Shown: positions 19,961-30,697, counted from the stretch's first letter. The stretch: 64,000 nt of DNA from Nitrosopumilus sp. (GCA_965214775.1 OZ243974.1:2144001-2208000), one strand, 5' to 3'. The notes: a model not told the origin generated them from the letters alone. A program made the numbers and translations.

Positions 19961-22900
19961 CTAGCTTGTTTTGACTGAAGGCATTCGTTTGTCTTTGTAC
20001 GTTACGACATTTGAGACGCCATTTTTTGGAAATACGCCATAAATCAGCTTGGCTTTTTGGACTACAGAGTCCTTTAATGAAACCATGATGAATTGGCTTT
20101 CTTTTGACCTCTCTTCTAGGATGTTGGAAAGCCTTTCGGCGTTTGGAGCATCAAGATGTGCGTCAACTTCATCAAACAAGTAAAATGGGGAGGGTTTTAG
20201 TTTTTGGAGTGCAAGTACAAAGACAATCGAAGCCAGTGTCTTTTCGCCGCCGCTAATTGAGGTGGACTCTCTTTTTGGTTTGTTGGGGAACTGTATCAAA
20301 TAAGAGACTCCTGAATTAAAGATGTCGTCCTCGTTTTGCAACTCCAGCCATGCATTGCCGCCGGTCATCTTGCTGAAGATCAGCCCAATCTCCTTGTCTA
20401 CCTTGTCAAAGGCATCCAAGAATGTCTGACGCTTGTCTTTTTCAATATCCTCGATGAATCTGACAATGGAGTTTCTTTCCTCTTCAAGCGAGTTTTTCCT
20501 TGTAGACATTGAGCGATATCCGTACGACACTTCAAGATATGTTTCCGGAGCTTTTGCGTTAAGCGCGTTAAGAGATCCCAGTTCTGCAGTCATGCCTTGA
20601 ACAATCCCATCAACATCAAATGTCTCCATATCTCTGTCAAATCCAAATGCAGACAAAATTTGCTGCAATCTGGACTCCTTTTCAACCAGATCCTTCAAAT
20701 CACGATCAAGGGAGTCAGACTGCCTTTCCAGAGCGCTAATCTGCTTTGTAATGTTGCGGTCTTGATCAGTTAACTCCCTTAATTTGTCGTCAAACTCCTT
20801 TAGTTGGCCAATAGAAGAACCAGACGTTTCAATGAGTTCCTGCTCTTTTTCTCTTAATTGCACCAATATTTGATTCTTGGACTCTTTTTGTTTTTCCAGT
20901 TCTTGAACTTTTGCTTGCAACTCTTGTTTTTCTGAATTCAGGGATTTTTCTTCATCATAAAGTCGGTTGGATTGGGATTGCTCTCGATTGTCCTGAGTTT
21001 GCAGCGTTGTTAGTTGTGCGGATTTGTCTCGGAATTCATTCATGATTGTCGTATAGAGTTTCTCAACATCTGCTTTCTTTGAATTGATTTTTGAAAGTTC
21101 GTTTGCGATTCTTGCCTGTTCCCCGCCTGCATAATTTTCATTCATGATTGTGATTCTTTCATTAAGCGAGTCGACATGAGACTCATTTGTCAAGACTTCA
21201 GAGTCAATAGAGTCATTTCGAGTGTTCATCTCATAGATTCTCTGTTTTAATTGCTCCTTCGTGCTTTGGGCTGAGATGATCCTTGATTTGAAATTTGAAT
21301 GGCTTTCACTGGTGGAGACAAGAGATTTTTCAGATACGGACAGCCGATCAGAATAAGATTGGATGGAATCCTCCAGTTTTTTAAGAGCGTTCTTTTTCTT
21401 TTGAAGGTATTTCCTGACAATGCCGATTGATTGGAGCAACCCGTCAATATCGCTACTCATTGAGATTAGTTTTGTGAGTTTGGAAATCTTTGAATTAATG
21501 TCAATTACAACGGTTCCTCCCTTTGCTTCAAAATACTCGCCATCCATGGTTACTGCCTTGCGTCCGTTTTGAGAAACAGCGTATGCGGACTCCCGAGTTT
21601 CAACAAGTATGACGTTTCCAAAGAGAAACGTTTTGAGTGCAGAGTGGGCGTCATTGCACTTTACATAGTCTGAGAGCACGCCTAAAACCCCTGGCTCCTT
21701 GGGCACGTCCAGTTTGAATTTGGGAATGGCATCAAGAGGTATGATTTTTAATTTTGGCAATTTCTTGCCACGTGCAACCTCTGCAATTCCCAACAATGTT
21801 GCAAAGTCTTTTACAACAATGGCCTTTATCCAATCAGAACCGACAGCTAAAACAGATCGTTCGTATTTCTTGTCCCAGGAAATCATTTCATAAACCAAAC
21901 CTTCAATCCCAAGTTTCTCAGCATCCTCTTTTAATTTTGCAGCAGTATAGTCTTCATGCATAAAACCCTTGACTGTCTTGATTTTTGATTCGTATTGGGT
22001 TGCAGCCTTGCTTGATTTTTCTAGGATTAGGGACAATTCATCCATGTCGTTGACAATCTTGGATTTTCGTGTTTGTAATTTTTTGATTCTTGATTTTAGT
22101 TCTACAATTGCCGCATCGTGATTTTTCATCTTTGACTCTAATTGGCCTATATAGCCGGTCAGCTTTGTGACATCATTTTCAATGTCTGAGAATTTTTGAG
22201 AGTTTGTCTTGATTTTGTTCTCCGATTCATTTTTTTCATGCTGAATTTTTGACAGTTTTAGTTTTGCGGAGTTTAGCTGATCAGTAAGAGATTGAATCTT
22301 GTTATCAATCTCGGATTTCTTTGCCGCAGCTTTGGATTGTTCTGCAAGAATCTTGTTTCTCTGCGAATCAACCACTTCCAGGTCATCGTTGATTTTGTCT
22401 TTCTTTGCGTTTGTCTCTTCGATTGACTCTTTTACCTTCAAAATTTGCGTGTCAATGTCACTTCTTGCGTTGTTAATGCCGTCAAGTTCCAGCCTGATTT
22501 CAGGAATTCTGCTTTCTATTTGTTCCATTCTTTTCTTTGATGCAGAGATTGCACTGTTGTCAGTTTCGTATTGCCCCATTGCAGAGCTGATTTCTGAATC
22601 AAGTGCGGCTTTGGCCTGGGTGTAATCATCTGCCCTTGCCATTAATTTTGATTTTTCATTTTCTAATGTCTTAATTTCGGCTCTCAAAGCCTTGTGTTCG
22701 TTGTCCAATTTTGTGACTTTGGTGACCGTTTCATGCAATGCTGACTCTTTGGAGGATTTCTGAGCAGAAATTGTCTTCATTTTATTGGCCGCAGATATCG
22801 CCTTGTATCTGTTTAATTCACGCTCAAGCATATCGTGGCGGAGTTTTTGGTTGCGTTCTTCTTCTAGTTCATCAATTCTTTTCTTGATTTCGCCCATTTT

Positions 22901-23509
22901 TGCCAGGGCAATCTCCAATCTTCTATCTGCCTCATCTAGTTGTTTTACGGACTCTGTCTTTTTTTCATCAAAATAAGACAGGCCAATCAAATCTTCTATT
23001 GTCTTTCGATTTTCTTCAGATGTAAACTCGGATATTCTTATTACCGTTCCCTGCTGGACGGCATTAAGCTGGCCCAGCCCTGCATTTGCCATATCGAGAA
23101 GATCCAGTATGTGGCTTCGGCTTGTTTTCTTTTTGTTTAGGTAGTATGTGTTGTCGCCCTGTTCATCCAACTCTCTTGTGATCTCCACAATGTCAGAGTC
23201 AACTGGAATCTTTCTGTCAGAATTGTCAAAGTGAACGCTACAGCGAGCCATTTTTGGTCCTCTTCTGGTCCCTTTGATATCATGAACCAATTTATGTAAT
23301 TTGGAGACCCTCAATACTTTGGGTTTGTTCTCTCCCATTGCAAATATGATGGCATCCAGGATGTTGCTTTTACCAGATCCGTTTGGGCCAGAAATGGAGA
23401 CTAGCCCGGGCTCAAAATTCACAGTGGTATTTCTGAAGCCAAATGATTTGAATCCAAAGATCTCGACTTTTTTTACATGAACCAATAAGATGGTTGTCCC
23501 ATTAGACAC
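19961..23509 (-). CDS. smc: Chromosome segregation protein SMC
   Basis: GFKSF, GPNGSGKSN, coiled coils and hinge, SGGEK, FDEVDAHLD; real start probably TTG at about 23485. Confidence 0.97.
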   Translation of the reverse strand: MSNGTTILLVHVKKVEIFGFKSFGFRNTTVNFEPGLVSISGPNGSGKSNILDAIIFAMGENKPKVLRVSKLHKLVHDIKGTRRGPKMARCSVHFDNSDRKIPVDSDIVEITRELDEQGDNTYYLNKKKTSRSHILDLLDMANAGLGQLNAVQQGTVIRISEFTSEENRKTIEDLIGLSYFDEKKTESVKQLDEADRRLEIALAKMGEIKKRIDELEEERNQKLRHDMLERELNRYKAISAANKMKTISAQKSSKESALHETVTKVTKLDNEHKALRAEIKTLENEKSKLMARADDYTQAKAALDSEISSAMGQYETDNSAISASKKRMEQIESRIPEIRLELDGINNARSDIDTQILKVKESIEETNAKKDKINDDLEVVDSQRNKILAEQSKAAAKKSEIDNKIQSLTDQLNSAKLKLSKIQHEKNESENKIKTNSQKFSDIENDVTKLTGYIGQLESKMKNHDAAIVELKSRIKKLQTRKSKIVNDMDELSLILEKSSKAATQYESKIKTVKGFMHEDYTAAKLKEDAEKLGIEGLVYEMISWDKKYERSVLAVGSDWIKAIVVKDFATLLGIAEVARGKKLPKLKIIPLDAIPKFKLDVPKEPGVLGVLSDYVKCNDAHSALKTFLFGNVILVETRESAYAVSQNGRKAVTMDGEYFEAKGGTVVIDINSKISKLTKLISMSSDIDGLLQSIGIVRKYLQKKKNALKKLEDSIQSYSDRLSVSEKSLVSTSESHSNFKSRIISAQSTKEQLKQRIYEMNTRNDSIDSEVLTNESHVDSLNERITIMNENYAGGEQARIANELSKINSKKADVEKLYTTIMNEFRDKSAQLTTLQTQDNREQSQSNRLYDEEKSLNSEKQELQAKVQELEKQKESKNQILVQLREKEQELIETSGSSIGQLKEFDDKLRELTDQDRNITKQISALERQSDSLDRDLKDLVEKESRLQQILSAFGFDRDMETFDVDGIVQGMTAELGSLNALNAKAPETYLEVSYGYRSMSTRKNSLEEERNSIVRFIEDIEKDKRQTFLDAFDKVDKEIGLIFSKMTGGNAWLELQNEDDIFNSGVSYLIQFPNKPKRESTSISGGEKTLASIVFVLALQKLKPSPFYLFDEVDAHLDAPNAERLSNILEERSKESQFIMVSLKDSVVQKAKLIYGVFPKNGVSNVVTYKDKRMPSVKTS

Positions 23510-24060
23510 TGTAATTGATTGCTAACAAGTTTAATTGACACAATTGCATAATTTTTCTTGTTTTGCTACGATTTTTTTCGTAAAGGCATGGGCTCGAAAG
23601 TTTTTGATCGCATTTTTTGCCTGCCTGTATTATAAAGCAAGTATTACAGTTGTAGCTGCCACAGCCAGGGCAGCCGCTGCAGCAGAGATGCCAAAGATTG
23701 GACTTGTTTAGGCACATGAGGCTGCCTGCCCTTACCACCATTTCCACTCTGGTCGTAAAAACAGTGTCATTTTGTTCCGGTTTGACGGGCGGACTCATCA
23801 TGTCTGGTCTGATTGAGATCTTTTATGACTGGAGAGGAATGGCCGTAAAAATAGCCTGCATGGCCGTAGCAGTTCGGACTCCGAAAGTTCAGGCATGAAT
23901 CTTGCCGCCAAAAACGGTTCATTCAAACAAAATTTGTGACTAAAATCGCAAATCCCTCACAGCCTGGGTGTTACACATAGTTTCAGAATAAATGACTTTG
24001 ATTTAAAAAACATGGAGTCATAAAAATGATCGATCTTCAGACAAGAATGGTTTTGGATGA

Positions 24061-25155
24061 TTAATTGCCTGCGACAAATTTCTCACATGCTGCCTTGGCT
24101 GCAACATCTGACGTTTGTTCAATTGGGTGTTTCATAAGATACGCGCTTGCAGATTTGATTGGACCGCCGACACCCCTGTCCAAAGCTATCTTTGCTAATC
24201 GAACCGCATCAATTACAATTCCGGCAGAATTTGCCTTGTCATCAACGTCCAACCTCACTTCCATGTTGTATGGGATGTTTGCCCATTGCCTGCCCTCTAT
24301 TCTCATAAACATCAGCTTGGTATTTCCTAGGAATGGAATAAAATCAGAAGGCCCGACATAGATTTGATCATCATCTAACCTTTCATCTAATTGACTTTGA
24401 ACACTTTCGGTTTTAGAAATTTTCTTGGATACCAGCCTTTCCTGTTCTTTCATGTTAAGAAAGTCGGTATTTCCACCTACGTTGATTTGGTATGTCTTTT
24501 CAATCTTGGTTCCTCTGTCATTGCATAATTTTGCAAGGGTTCTATGAACAATTGTGGCGCCAACCTGTCCTTTAATGTCGTCGCCAATACATGGAATGTT
24601 TTTTTCTTCAAATTTTCTGGCCCATTCTGGTTCTGATGCGATAAAGGAGGGAATGCAGTTTACAAAAGCAGTGTTCGTGTCAAGGCAAACTTGGGCCCAA
24701 AACTGAGTTGCCTTGTCAGAGCCTACTGGAAGATACGAAACAATGATTTCTGCACCGGTTTCTTTGATGATTTTTTTTGCTTCTTTGGCAATCTGCTCAT
24801 CTGTTTTGTCACTTTTGATAGGTTTTACCCTGTTTTCAACCCATAATCCAACGCCATCCAAGATAGGACTCTCATATACCATGCCATCTGTTTTTGGCAT
24901 TTGGTCTTTAGGCATCCAGTCAACCATGTTTGGGTATTCATAAATGGCCTCATTGATTGGCTTTCCGACTTTGTTTTCTCCTACATCAAACCCGCAAACA
25001 AAGTCAATATCATGAATTCCATAACCTGCAAGCTTGTCATGAATGATTCCTATAACCTGTTGTGAGGGGTTCTTGCGATAATATTCAATTCCTTGGATTA
25101 GGCCAGAAAAGCAATTTCCAATTCCCACTAATCCCACCTTGATTCTGCCAGACAT
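24061..25155 (-). CDS. ino1: Myo-inositol-1-phosphate synthase
   Basis: GIGNC, YLPVGS, GDDIKGQVGAT, NVGGNTDFLNM, DDKANSAG. Confidence 0.95.
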   Translation of the reverse strand: MSGRIKVGLVGIGNCFSGLIQGIEYYRKNPSQQVIGIIHDKLAGYGIHDIDFVCGFDVGENKVGKPINEAIYEYPNMVDWMPKDQMPKTDGMVYESPILDGVGLWVENRVKPIKSDKTDEQIAKEAKKIIKETGAEIIVSYLPVGSDKATQFWAQVCLDTNTAFVNCIPSFIASEPEWARKFEEKNIPCIGDDIKGQVGATIVHRTLAKLCNDRGTKIEKTYQINVGGNTDFLNMKEQERLVSKKISKTESVQSQLDERLDDDQIYVGPSDFIPFLGNTKLMFMRIEGRQWANIPYNMEVRLDVDDKANSAGIVIDAVRLAKIALDRGVGGPIKSASAYLMKHPIEQTSDVAAKAACEKFVAGN

Positions 25156-25434
25156 TCGAAATTCGGTGTTGTTGGGCGGGTTTAAAGTTTTCCTAGTTTG
25201 TTGAATGGTGTGTTATGTGGAAATAATGTCCGCTATTCATTGATGTCCCTCTCAATCCATTTTGGGTCAGATTTCCTAATCGCGTCTGTGGACGTCTTGT
25301 CCGAGAACGCCATGATGGGCGTCTGGCGGTGGACTATCCAGCTCAAGGTGCAGCATGCGTTCGTTATGATACTTTACGTATCAGTAGACGCTATATGAAA
25401 TCTTATCCGTATCCTGTGATATACAATTACCGTT

Positions 25435-25550
25435 GGGCCTGAGAGTCGATTGGGACTTACCATGTACAAGGGTGTCTTATAGACTGACTCGCAACAGCAG
25501 GCGGAAAGCAATGTACCGCGCAGAAGACGGTGAATGGGAGATTCCGCCCG
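25435..25550 (+). ncRNA. Candidate IS110 bridge-RNA-like structured non-coding leader
   Basis: Upstream of the IS110 ORF; stems GAGTC..GACTC and GGCGGAA..TTCCGCC each enclose an internal loop plus an apical hairpin (folded by eye). Confidence 0.4.
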
Positions 25551-25587
25551 AATCAGGCATTTTGATCAAAAAGAAGGAGGTGATAAC

Positions 25588-25913
25588 ATGATCAACGTAG
25601 GAATAGACGTACACAAAAAGAGATGCGTTGCAGCAATAAAGGACGACTCGGGCAAGCTGCTTGAGCAGTCCACGTTTGAGAACAGCGTTTTGGCAACAAC
25701 GAATTTTGCAACAAACCTCAAAAAGGCATACCCGGGACAGCTGCCAATCAGGGCAGTATGCGAGTCCACTGCCAACTACTGGATTATCGTATATGACACG
25801 TTTGAGGACTGCGGGATAGACACCGTGCTGGTACATCCGACAAAGGTCAAGGTGATAGCGCACGCCAAGATAAAGGACGACCGCGTGGATGCAAATATAC
25901 TTGCCGACCTGCT
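25588..25913 (+). pseudogene. IS110-family DEDD recombinase, N-terminal part, truncated by an IS5 insertion
   Basis: VGIDVHK, VCESTANYW, KIKDDRVDA; SD-like GGAGGTGA upstream. Confidence 0.9.
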
Positions 25914-26585
25914 TAGTTTGTTGCATAACCCTGCCTAAAATTTGAAATCTGACTGAAAATCACCGGAATGATCAACTAATTCTGACCGAAAAGGTAATGG
26001 ATCATTATGATGCCTCGTATGGTATACATTGACACACACGGACAATACAAAGTACGTAGAGAGAGGGGCAGGCCTGGTCGTCAAGTACGACCCCGGCTGG
26101 GAGAAGGATCTCAAGGCTGCCAACCGCCACAAGGAAGGCGCCCCGTTCCTGTATGCAGAAGGCATGATAATGGCCGCAGCCGCCCTCAGGACCGCATTCA
26201 TGCTAAAGTACAGGCAGCTGTCAGGCATGCTCGGGGAGATGCTAAAGGGCGCGGACTCGCCGTGTTACACCACGATATTCAGAAGGATACAGAAGCTTGA
26301 CGTAGATATTGCAGAGAACATAATTACGGTGCGCGACAAGTCCTGTAACCTGGTCATGATAGCCGATGCCACGGGCCTCAAGCAACACAACCGGGGCGAG
26401 TGGATACGCAAGAAATGGAAGGTAAGGCGCGGATTCGTCAAGATGCACCTGATGGTTGATGCAGACACCAAGCAGGTGCTTGCAGTATCTGTCACAAGTG
26501 GTGCAATCGGCGATAACACGGAACTGCCGGCACTGCTTGAGGAGGCGACCAAGAACATCAAGGAAGAGGAGGAGCAGCAGCAGGA
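25914..26585 (+). mobile_element. Truncated IS5-family (IS903/ISH-like) element
   Basis: Left end TAGTTTGTTGCATAAC; G.PF.Y, YRQL.G, IADATGLK..NRGEWIRKKW..RRGFVKMHLMVD; 3' part missing. Confidence 0.85.
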
Positions 26586-26813
26586 ACGCACCCATGCCGG
26601 ATCCTCTAGGCCGTACTGCACCAGCTGTTTCACGCGGCCCTCAAAGTCGCCCTGCAGTATGTCTTCGAGCATGCCGCAGAGCACCTGGCGCAGCGTGCGG
26701 GTGTACTTTTCGCGCGTCATCTCCGCCTTGATCCCTTGGTTGAACAGGTCAAGCGGGGCCGCCTGGCCCACCCTCTCAAATTCCTCCATCGTAAGCTTCA
26801 TCTCTGTTTCCAT
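26586..26813 (-). pseudogene. N-terminal fragment of a thaumarchaeal tyrosine recombinase/integrase
   Basis: PLDLFNQGIKAEMTREKYTRTLRQVLC..LEDIL.GDFE.RV resembles thaumarchaeal integrase N-termini as recalled; catalytic domain absent. Confidence 0.6.
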
Positions 26814-27262
26814 GTTCCTAGAACGCATAAAAGGTACAATATTTTGATGGATCCCACAGGAACCAGAATAATTTGATAAGGGAGTTTATCCCCTTAACTA
26901 ATCAGGCACGGTTTTACATGCGACTGTGATTTTCATTCCTAGATAGCAAGGTGACTTCCTTGGTAGCAAAATTCATAACTGAATTACCAGAGCCAAATCA
27001 ACTACGATCATGGGCGGTAGATATTCTATATTTTTTCAATAAAAACAATCCGACGGTAAAAGGTATGAAGATAACAGCAAGTGCATAGCTTATAGATACG
27101 ATGTTTCCAAGTGTGTCTGTTTGTTCTGTCATAATTACAAATGATGGGGGGGACGTACAATATTAATGAGATTGTGCCCATAATTCCATGTGCTATCAAT
27201 GCATAACAGATTATTTTTAATTTTTTAGAGGACATAGAAAAAAAGGGGTTAGTTAAGATATA

Positions 27263-27342
27263 AGACTTTATGCGTAATCGGTGCAGATCTAGAATTATTA
27301 CGAACAAATTCATCTCATTTAGGTCGATTACGCATAAAGTCT
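27263..27342. mobile_element. MITE (family A), inverted copy
   Basis: Near-identical reverse complement of 5762-5841; TSD ATA. Confidence 0.85.
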
Positions 27343-27343
27343 A

Positions 27344-28441
27344 TAGTGTGAAACAAAAGTTCGTGAAAATAAACCCACCGGACCGAAACGTATTTTGATC
27401 GCCATGTATGACAAGACACATGGCGGAAATATGCGTGGCAGACCTGAAGGAGGCATACAAGAATGAAAAGGATCCGCAGGTAAAGGTCAGAATAGCCGCA
27501 GTAAACATGGTATTCATACACGGTGACGGCTATGCAAATACGGCAGAACGCCTCATGCAGTCAGTCGGCTGGGTATACAAATGGATGACGCGCTTTGAGG
27601 AGGGCGGCATGAAGGCTCTCCGGGATCAACCGCGTACCGGCAGACCGCCCAAGGTGAGTCCCGAGCGCATCACCAAGATCATAAAGTCAGCTGAGGACGG
27701 CATAATTACGCCAAAGAAGCTGCGCTCTGACATACATGAGAAGACCGGCATGTGGTATTACATCGTCTCCGTCAGAAGGGAGATGAACAAGAGGAACATG
27801 TCGCCCAAGACGCCGGAGCTTGTACACAGGAACAAGGCAGATGCCTATACCGTGCGAAGGTGGCAGTACAGTGCAAAAAGGCAGATTTCACGCCTGAAAA
27901 AGGAGGGTTTTGTCACCGTAATCCAGGACGAGTCGATCTTTGTCAATGATCCAGTGGTCGGACGCAAGTACTGGTCTGCAGTAGGGGTACCGATCAGGGT
28001 TCCGTACAAGGGGAGCCACCGCAGGACGGTGGCCTACGGCGCGATTGCCACGGACGGACGCCGATTCTTCCGGACATATGACAAATTTGACGGCCCGACA
28101 TTCCTCAAATATCTAAAAAAGCTGCACAGACACTTTGGGAAGGTTCTGGTAATGATGGACGGCGCCTCTGCGCACACCACACGGGACGTAAGGCAGTTCC
28201 TGGCAGACAATAAAGAGACCATAAGGGTCAGGTACCTGCCTACGGCATCCCCGGAGCTCAGCGGCATGGAGGAGTACTGGCACCAGGCAAAGCGGGCCAT
28301 CCTCGTCTCCGAGTACTATGAAACGTTAGAGGAGATGAGGCATGCGCTGTCCGAATACATGAGGACTGCCAGCTTCGACCATGACGTCATGGAGTATCTC
28401 ATGAATACGCCAAGATTTTCATAAACTTTTGTTTCACACTA
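27344..28441 (+). mobile_element. IS630-family element
   Basis: TIR TAGTGTGAAACAAAAGTT; TA follows the right end. Confidence 0.9.
27408..28424 (+). CDS. IS630 transposase
   Basis: HTH + PRTGRP, QDES, MDGASAH, LPTASPELSGMEEYW. Confidence 0.9.
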   Translation: MTRHMAEICVADLKEAYKNEKDPQVKVRIAAVNMVFIHGDGYANTAERLMQSVGWVYKWMTRFEEGGMKALRDQPRTGRPPKVSPERITKIIKSAEDGIITPKKLRSDIHEKTGMWYYIVSVRREMNKRNMSPKTPELVHRNKADAYTVRRWQYSAKRQISRLKKEGFVTVIQDESIFVNDPVVGRKYWSAVGVPIRVPYKGSHRRTVAYGAIATDGRRFFRTYDKFDGPTFLKYLKKLHRHFGKVLVMMDGASAHTTRDVRQFLADNKETIRVRYLPTASPELSGMEEYWHQAKRAILVSEYYETLEEMRHALSEYMRTASFDHDVMEYLMNTPRFS

Positions 28442-28751
28442 TAATGCAGCTGGGACGCGTGGTTGATCTGCCCTTGCCATCGTTCTGGTTCTTTTCAAAC
28501 TTGGAATTGCCCTTGAGTACATGACAAATATTGCAGATTTTTTGCGGATATGGTTTGCTGCCTTTCTTTGGCTTGTCGGTTTTTGTCACATCGATGACCT
28601 CTATCACATCCAGACTGGCGGTAGCTAACACTTTTCTTCCTATGAAAAACACCTTTGCCGACGCACCGTGAATCTCCTTGACTATGCCGACAGAGTTAGG
28701 TTCCACGTCGCCTATGCGCGTCACAGACACTACAAAGTCACATATTTTCAC
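28442..28751 (-). pseudogene. Hpy99I-family type II restriction endonuclease, N-terminal half
   Basis: PNSVG, VFFIG, KICNICHVLK..F..NQ.D.KGR.TTRPSC match R.Hpy99I as recalled; HNH half lost at the IS630 end. Confidence 0.8.
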
Positions 28752-29188
28752 AGAATGACTTTTTTGGCGTCGTATATAGCCGACGTGTCGGGTTGAGCGA
28801 TAAACCTAAAATGAAAAGTGTTGCGGTAAAACCTCCAACACCTGATTGGTCAGTAAGGCCATGCCGTGCCGATGCCTACCGTACAAATGCTCCGTTTTTA
28901 AGTCTTACAAGATTGGAGATTTCCGGCACCCGGCGTGTCCCAGGGAGAATAAACACCCATTAATGTCCCAGTTCCTTATTTTGATATGAAATATAAAAAA
29001 AATTGTTTTTTGTAGGGGCAGTATCTATGATAATTGGAATTATATTTTCTCTTCAACCGTACAATCCGGGCAGATTTCAAACAGTTCATGAATTTACCAT
29101 TCAATGTCATTTACGTTCAGATCATTTTCTTGAGGTGTTTGGAGGGTCATTAGCAGAATTAGACTGGTGTCTCCACAATACGGGATTT

Positions 29189-30340
29189 TGTATAGTCCAA
29201 AAAGTAGTTCACCCCTTCTCCGAGTGTGTAAAGTCGGTCAGGAGCAGATGTGCAAGCCTGACCCACACTGGAAGTACAGGTGTGTGGGTCTGGCGACGAA
29301 AGCTCCGTAAATACGTGAGTCTTGAGCACCCAAACGGCATGAAGCTAGAGAAAAACCAGGTACAATGGATAGTGCAGGAAAAGAAAAAGGGCGAGCTTAC
29401 CTGCGCCCAGATAGCCGGAACCATGGACGTGACGGTACGGTGGGTCCAGAAGCTGTGGGCCAGGCACAAAGGCTGCCCTGCGGCAAGCGAAATATCGCAT
29501 CCTGCGCCAATGGGAAGGCCCCAGAACGGTCTGCCCGGACGCAGGGAGCACTCTGCAGTCATGTCTGCCAGACATGCAGAGCACATGGGGGCTGCAGGAC
29601 TGCAGCAGCGCATAGCGAATCAGACCGGAATCCATATCCCGCACGGCATCATACACAAGATACTGAGGGACGAGGAGATGGCAGAGGCGCAGCCCAGCAA
29701 GGGTACAAGGTACAGGTGGGTCCGCTACGAGCGCGATCACTCAAACTCGCTGTGGCATACAGACTGGAAGCAGATCCACGGCGGAATGCACGACGGCAGA
29801 TGGTTCCTGTGCTACGAGGACGATGCCTCCAGGTTTGTGACCGGATATGGCATCTTTGATAATGCCACGACCAAAAACGCCCTGGCAGTGCTTGAGACGG
29901 CAATAGAAAAGCACGGCAAGCCGGCCTCGATCATGACAGACCACGGCAGCCAGTTCTATGCCAACGAGAAAGAGACGGCAAAAAAGAGGGGCGAAGGCGA
30001 GTTTGAAAAGAAACTGACAGAACTGGGAATACGGCAGATCCTGGCAGGCGTGGGACGACCCCAGACCAACGGAAAGGTCGAGCGCCTCCACGGGGAGATC
30101 CAGCGCAAGCTGCACGAGTTCGAGGAGATCATGATGAGAAAAAGCGACCCGATAGACCTGTTCATGCAGTGGTACAATCATGACAGGCCCCACAGGTCGC
30201 TGGACTGGGACAACCAGGAGACGCCCGCACAGGCATTTCTCAGAAAGATGCCCAAGGAGGGGGAAACCGTTATTGACGGGCAGACAGGAGAGGAGTATGA
30301 TGTCAAATAAGGGGGGGCGAACTACTTTCTGGATCCCACA
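29189..30340 (+). mobile_element. IS481-family element
   Basis: TGT...ACA ends with imperfect TIR (TCCARAAAGTAGTTCRCCCC); 15-bp direct repeat CCACAATACGGGATT on the flanks. Confidence 0.9.
29339..30310 (+). CDS. IS481 transposase (rve DDE)
   Basis: LWHTDWK, DDASRF, TDHGSQF, PQTNGKVER, YNHDRPHRSL. Confidence 0.92.
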   Translation: MKLEKNQVQWIVQEKKKGELTCAQIAGTMDVTVRWVQKLWARHKGCPAASEISHPAPMGRPQNGLPGRREHSAVMSARHAEHMGAAGLQQRIANQTGIHIPHGIIHKILRDEEMAEAQPSKGTRYRWVRYERDHSNSLWHTDWKQIHGGMHDGRWFLCYEDDASRFVTGYGIFDNATTKNALAVLETAIEKHGKPASIMTDHGSQFYANEKETAKKRGEGEFEKKLTELGIRQILAGVGRPQTNGKVERLHGEIQRKLHEFEEIMMRKSDPIDLFMQWYNHDRPHRSLDWDNQETPAQAFLRKMPKEGETVIDGQTGEEYDVK

Positions 30341-30449
30341 CCACAATACGGGATTATCATTAACACTATATGCGATAATTGGAATAGGCGCATTCTTAAT
30401 TTGCAAATCAGCGATCAGGCAATAGACCCTATGCGTAATTGAAGGAGAT

Positions 30450-30567
30450 GTAACCGGATAACCTCTGCCTAGAGTTGGGGTCACGCCCCTTGCCGGTCAG
30501 GCATGAAAATCACGATTACAGGTAGATTCGTGCCTAGTTGCTGCCTAGGCAGGGGTTATCCTGTTAC
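30450..30567. mobile_element. MITE (family D, GTAAC ends, possibly IS66-related)
   Basis: About 23-bp TIR GTAACMGGATAACCYCTGCCTAG. Confidence 0.7.
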
Positions 30568-30570
30568 AGG

Positions 30571-30695
30571 GGTTGTCGCTAATTCATTAGAATTCCTGAA
30601 AACCATACGATGTCATCCGGATCTAGGCGTGCAAGGGGGACACAAGTTCAGAAAAACATGTAGATTGATCCAGATGGGTGAATTAGGCGACAACC
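30571..30695. mobile_element. MITE (family B), copy 2
   Basis: GGTTGTCGC(C)TAATTC ends; ACAGG direct repeat on both flanks. Confidence 0.75.
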
Positions 30696-30697
30696 AC

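Larger units (their letters stand above)
29003..30424 (+). pseudogene. Small membrane-protein gene split by IS481
   Basis: Hydrophobic 5' part ending HNTG resumes in frame after the TSD (HNTGLSLTLYAIIGIGAFL). Confidence 0.5.

Noticed and set aside
25282-25391. GCGTCT...AGACGC-bounded segment as a MITE
   Set aside because: Only a 6-bp inverted match, with no TSD or second copy
26029-26847. 272-aa and 187-aa overlapping ORFs as real genes
   Set aside because: Chimeras of a truncated IS5 transposase (+) abutting an integrase-like fragment (-)
26875-26900. Hairpin upstream of the integrase fragment as a tRNA/att site
   Set aside because: No cloverleaf and no second copy seen
29003-29338. Membrane-anchored transposase N-terminus
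   Set aside because: Read-through from the disrupted host gene across the IS left end; the true start is 29339
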